Below the pieces are notes generated by a model. It ran no database searches, was not told the DNA's origin, and worked only from the letters and a program-made list of their open reading frames with translations. Made by a program: the position numbers and the translations under genes. A stretch of DNA of 64,000 nt from an uncultured Gemmatimonadales bacterium (GTDB taxonomy: Bacteria > Gemmatimonadota > Gemmatimonadetes > Longimicrobiales > Longimicrobiaceae), in contig OY970303.1 in the NCBI GenBank assembly GCA_963716255.1, positions 5,952,001 to 6,016,000 on the forward strand. The letters are read 5' to 3'. Positions 58,814-64,000 of this stretch are shown here, piece after piece; position 1 is the stretch's first letter; each line of letters opens with the position of its first letter.

Positions 58814-59764
58814 ATGACAGACACGTCCCCCCACGCCCCGATGATGATGCTCTCCGGCTCGGCCAACCGGGAGCTGTCGGAGGAGATCGCCCGCAACCTC
58901 GGGATCCCGCTGGGAGACTGCACCATCAAGCGGTTCGCGGACGGGGAGATCTTCGTCCGCATCAACGAGAACGTCCGCGGGCGGGACCTGTACATCATCC
59001 AGCCCACCGTCCCCCCCGCCGACAACATCATGGAGCTGCTGCTCCTGCTGGACGCGGCGCGGCGGGCCTCGGCGGCCCGGATCACGGCGGTGATCCCGTA
59101 CTACGGGTACGGGCGGCAGGACCGCAAGGACCAGCCCCGCGTCGCCATCGGCGCCAAGCTGGTCGCCAACATGATCGTGTCCGCGGGGGCGGAGCGGGTC
59201 CTGGGGGTGGACTTCCACCAGCACCAGCTGCAGGGCTTCTTCGACATCCCCGTGGACCACCTGTACGCCGCGCCGGTCATCACCCGCTACTTCCTGGAAA
59301 AGAAGCTCAGCAACCTGGTGGTGGTCGCGCCGGACGTGGGCTCCGCAAAGATGGCGCGCGGCACCGCCAAGCGGCTCGACGCCACCATCGGCATCATCGA
59401 CAAGCGGCGCCCCACCGCCAACGTGTCCGAGGTGCTCCACGTCATCGGCGAGGTGGACGGGCGCGACTGCCTGATCGCCGACGACATGATCGACACCGCC
59501 GGCACCATGGTGGAGGCGGTCCACGCCCTCAAGGCCCGCGGCGCCCGCGACGTGTACTGCGCGGCCACCCACGCGCTGCTCTCCGGACCCGCGGTGGAAC
59601 GGCTTTCGCAAGCGCCCATCAAGGAGCTGGTGGTGACCAACACGGTCCCCGTCCCCGAGGAGAAGCGGTTCCCGCAGCTGAAGATCCTGTCCGTCGCGGA
59701 CCTGATCGCCCGCGCGATCCGCTACACGCACTCCAACGAGTCCGTCAGCTCCCTGTTCGACTGA
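58814..59764 (+). CDS. prs: ribose-phosphate pyrophosphokinase
   Basis: FADGE, PYYGYGRQDRK, QLQGFF, DDMIDTAGT. Confidence 0.97.
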   Translation: MTDTSPHAPMMMLSGSANRELSEEIARNLGIPLGDCTIKRFADGEIFVRINENVRGRDLYIIQPTVPPADNIMELLLLLDAARRASAARITAVIPYYGYGRQDRKDQPRVAIGAKLVANMIVSAGAERVLGVDFHQHQLQGFFDIPVDHLYAAPVITRYFLEKKLSNLVVVAPDVGSAKMARGTAKRLDATIGIIDKRRPTANVSEVLHVIGEVDGRDCLIADDMIDTAGTMVEAVHALKARGARDVYCAATHALLSGPAVERLSQAPIKELVVTNTVPVPEEKRFPQLKILSVADLIARAIRYTHSNESVSSLFD

Positions 59765-59834
59765 ATCCGAAGCGGCACCCGCCGACCGCACCCTGCGGTA
59801 CGGGGGCGCCGCGCACGCGCAGGAGGAGAACGAC

Positions 59835-60473
59835 ATGAACGCATCGCTCAACGCACAGTCCCGCACCGGGAGCGGCAAGGGGTTCGCCCGCAAGCTCCGG
59901 GCGTCCGGCCGCATCCCCGTGGTGGTCTACGGACACGGCGACAAGAACCAGGCGCTGTCGGTGGACGCGCTGGAGCTGGAGAAGCTGCTCGCCCGCATCA
60001 GCGTGGAGAACACCCTGATCGAGGTGGCGGTGGAGGGCGGCGGCACCACCCGCGCGCTGATCCGCGAGGTGCAGATGCACCCCTTCAAGCCCGAGGTGCT
60101 GCACGTGGACCTGCTCCAGGTGCACGCCGACGAGCGCATCCACCTCAAGATCCCCGTGCGCCTGACCGGCACGCCCGAGGGCGTGAGGAACGGCGGCGGC
60201 GTCCTGGACCAGGTGCTCTACGACCTGGACGTGGAGTGCTTCCCCGGCGACATCCCCGACTCCGTCGAGGTGGACGTCACCGACCTGGAAGTGGGGCAGT
60301 CGGCCCGCGTGCACGACGTGAACATGCCCAACGTCAAGGTCCTCAACGACGGCGACCTCCCCATCGCTTCCGTGCTTGCCCCCACGGTGCCGTCGCTGGA
60401 GGTGGAGGGAGCGGAAGAGACCGGGACCACGCCCGAGCTGGTGGGCGACCGCGAGAGCCCGGACCAGGGCTGA
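59835..60473 (+). CDS. rplY: 50S ribosomal protein L25/Ctc
   Basis: GKGFARKLR..GRIPVVVYG, EVQMHP, LHVD. Confidence 0.95.
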   Translation: MNASLNAQSRTGSGKGFARKLRASGRIPVVVYGHGDKNQALSVDALELEKLLARISVENTLIEVAVEGGGTTRALIREVQMHPFKPEVLHVDLLQVHADERIHLKIPVRLTGTPEGVRNGGGVLDQVLYDLDVECFPGDIPDSVEVDVTDLEVGQSARVHDVNMPNVKVLNDGDLPIASVLAPTVPSLEVEGAEETGTTPELVGDRESPDQG

Positions 60474-61094
60474 TTGGGGCTCTTCGGCTTCTTTCGTCGG
60501 GAACGGGAGGACGCGCCGGTGGTGGCGGGGCTCAAGGTGGTGCTCGGGCTGGGGAACCCCGGCCCCGAGTACGCCGCCACGCGCCACAACGTCGGCTGGT
60601 GGCTGCTGGACGCCCTGGCCGAGGCGTGGAGCCTGGGCCGCTTCAAGAAGGAAAAGGAGACCGCCGTGGCCGCCGGCCGCGTGGACCCCTTTTCCGTCCG
60701 GCTGGTGAAGCCGCTCACCTACATGAACCTGAGCGGGCGGGTGCTGGCTCCGTACCGCCGCATGAACGCCTTCGACGCGGCCCGCGACCTCCTGGTCGTC
60801 GTGGACGACGTCGCCCTTCCCCCGGGGCGGATCCGCTTCCGCCCCGAGGGGAGCGCCGGGGGGCACAACGGCCTCAAGTCCATCGAGGCCGCGCTCGGCA
60901 CCCGGGCCTATCCCCGCCTCCGCATCGGTGTGGGGGAGCCGCCCCCGGGCGCCGACCTTGCCCGCTGGGTCCTTTCCCCGGTCCCTGCGGCGGACCGCCA
61001 GGCGGTCCTCGACCTCTTCCCCGACCTCGCAGAAGGCGTCTCCACCTGGATGAACCAGGGGATCGAGGCGGCCATGAACCGCTTCAACAACTGA
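60474..61094 (+). CDS. pth: peptidyl-tRNA hydrolase (start uncertain)
   Basis: GLGNPG..YAATRHNVG, KPLTYMNLSG, GGHNGLKS, RLRIG. Confidence 0.95.
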   Translation: MGLFGFFRREREDAPVVAGLKVVLGLGNPGPEYAATRHNVGWWLLDALAEAWSLGRFKKEKETAVAAGRVDPFSVRLVKPLTYMNLSGRVLAPYRRMNAFDAARDLLVVVDDVALPPGRIRFRPEGSAGGHNGLKSIEAALGTRAYPRLRIGVGEPPPGADLARWVLSPVPAADRQAVLDLFPDLAEGVSTWMNQGIEAAMNRFNN

Positions 61095-61169
61095 CCCCCG
61101 CGCCTTTCCCTTTCCCGACCGCTCCGACCGGGGCGGCGCCCAACCACTCCTGAAAGCGGAGGACACCAC

Positions 61170-63311
<2,142 letters not shown>

Positions 63312-63400
63312 TCCCGTTTCTCGTCGGCGGGTCTGATCTGAACGCGAGCGCCTCCGGGTTTCCGGGGGCGCTCTGCGCTTCGGGGCGGGTTCTTGGCGTG

Positions 63401-63570
63401 GGGCCGCTCCGGAACCAGGCCAAACTGCCGGCCTGTTTCCTACGCGGGCTCCGGGAGCCTCGCCAAACAGCCGGCGAGTCTCCCTGCGCCGGAGGGAGCC
63501 AGCCGAAACAGCCCGGCTGTCTCCCTCCGAACAGATTCATGTGGATACTGCGGAACGGCGAAAGGCAAAA
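63401..63570 (+). repeat. repeat family A copy 6
   Basis: three hairpin units; first uses a compensated GAA/TTC base. Confidence 0.9.
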
Positions 63571-63755
63571 CGGCTCGCGAGGGCGAGTCGACCGGGCCGT
63601 GGCAGGCCCCTCCCCCCGGACCGCCACCACCAGTCCCGGACGTACACGCGTTGACGCAACCCGCCAGCCCGTGTAAATTCCCCTGTCTGTCGGCCGGGCG
63701 CCCCTGAACCAGGCGCCCGGCCGCGTCATTTGCGGCAACGACCTCGCGTATCCAT

Positions 63756-64000
63756 ATGCTCAAGCTCGGAATCGTCGGCCTTCCCAACGTGGGGAAGAGC
63801 ACGCTGTTCAACGCGCTGACCTCGGCGGGCGCGGACGCGGCCAACTACCCCTTCTGCACGGTGGAGCCCAACGTGGGGATGGTGGAGGTGCCCGACGCGC
63901 GCGTGGACCTGCTCGCCGAGAAGGTGCAGCCGCAGCGGGTGGTGCGGGCGGCGGTGCAGTTCGTGGACATCGCGGGGCTGGTCAAGGGCGCCTCCGAGGG
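63756..64000 (+). CDS. ychF: redox-regulated ATPase YchF (partial, runs off the window)
   Basis: [22 protein letters not shown]...[13 protein letters not shown]...[13 protein letters not shown]. Confidence 0.96.
   Translation, partial: MLKLGIVGLPNVGKSTLFNALTSAGADAANYPFCTVEPNVGMVEVPDARVDLLAEKVQPQRVVRAAVQFVDIAGLVKGASE

Overview
Very GC-rich chromosomal window from a diderm bacterium. Gene content and style suggest Gemmatimonadota (Longimicrobium-like); this is an inference. It carries about 60 CDS: housekeeping genes (gpmI, recX, acpS, rarA, hflX, pdxJ, ispE, tRNA-Gln, prs, rplY, pth, hppA, ychF), many envelope/peptidase genes, glgC plus a GlgM-type glycosyltransferase, and a HicB/HicA islet. 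It also holds a BlaI/BlaR1-type locus divergent from a lipidated subclass B1 metallo-beta-lactamase and two serine hydrolases, with three clear palindromic operators. The most unusual signal is non-coding: most large intergenic gaps hold modular structured repeats (6 copies of family A, 9 copies plus a deletion remnant of family B, 9 copies of module D). Families A and B are built from one hairpin unit, about 36 in total. Its stems covary freely while a 7-8 nt loop (RWACWRC-like) and a fixed mismatch are conserved, and the same heptamer recurs as linear tandem repeats next to the elements. No transposase, integrase or CRISPR array is seen. Other points: a probable ATT start for hflX, a tandem membrane-protein/XRE duplication, a 36-aa small ORF and a G-tract frameshift.
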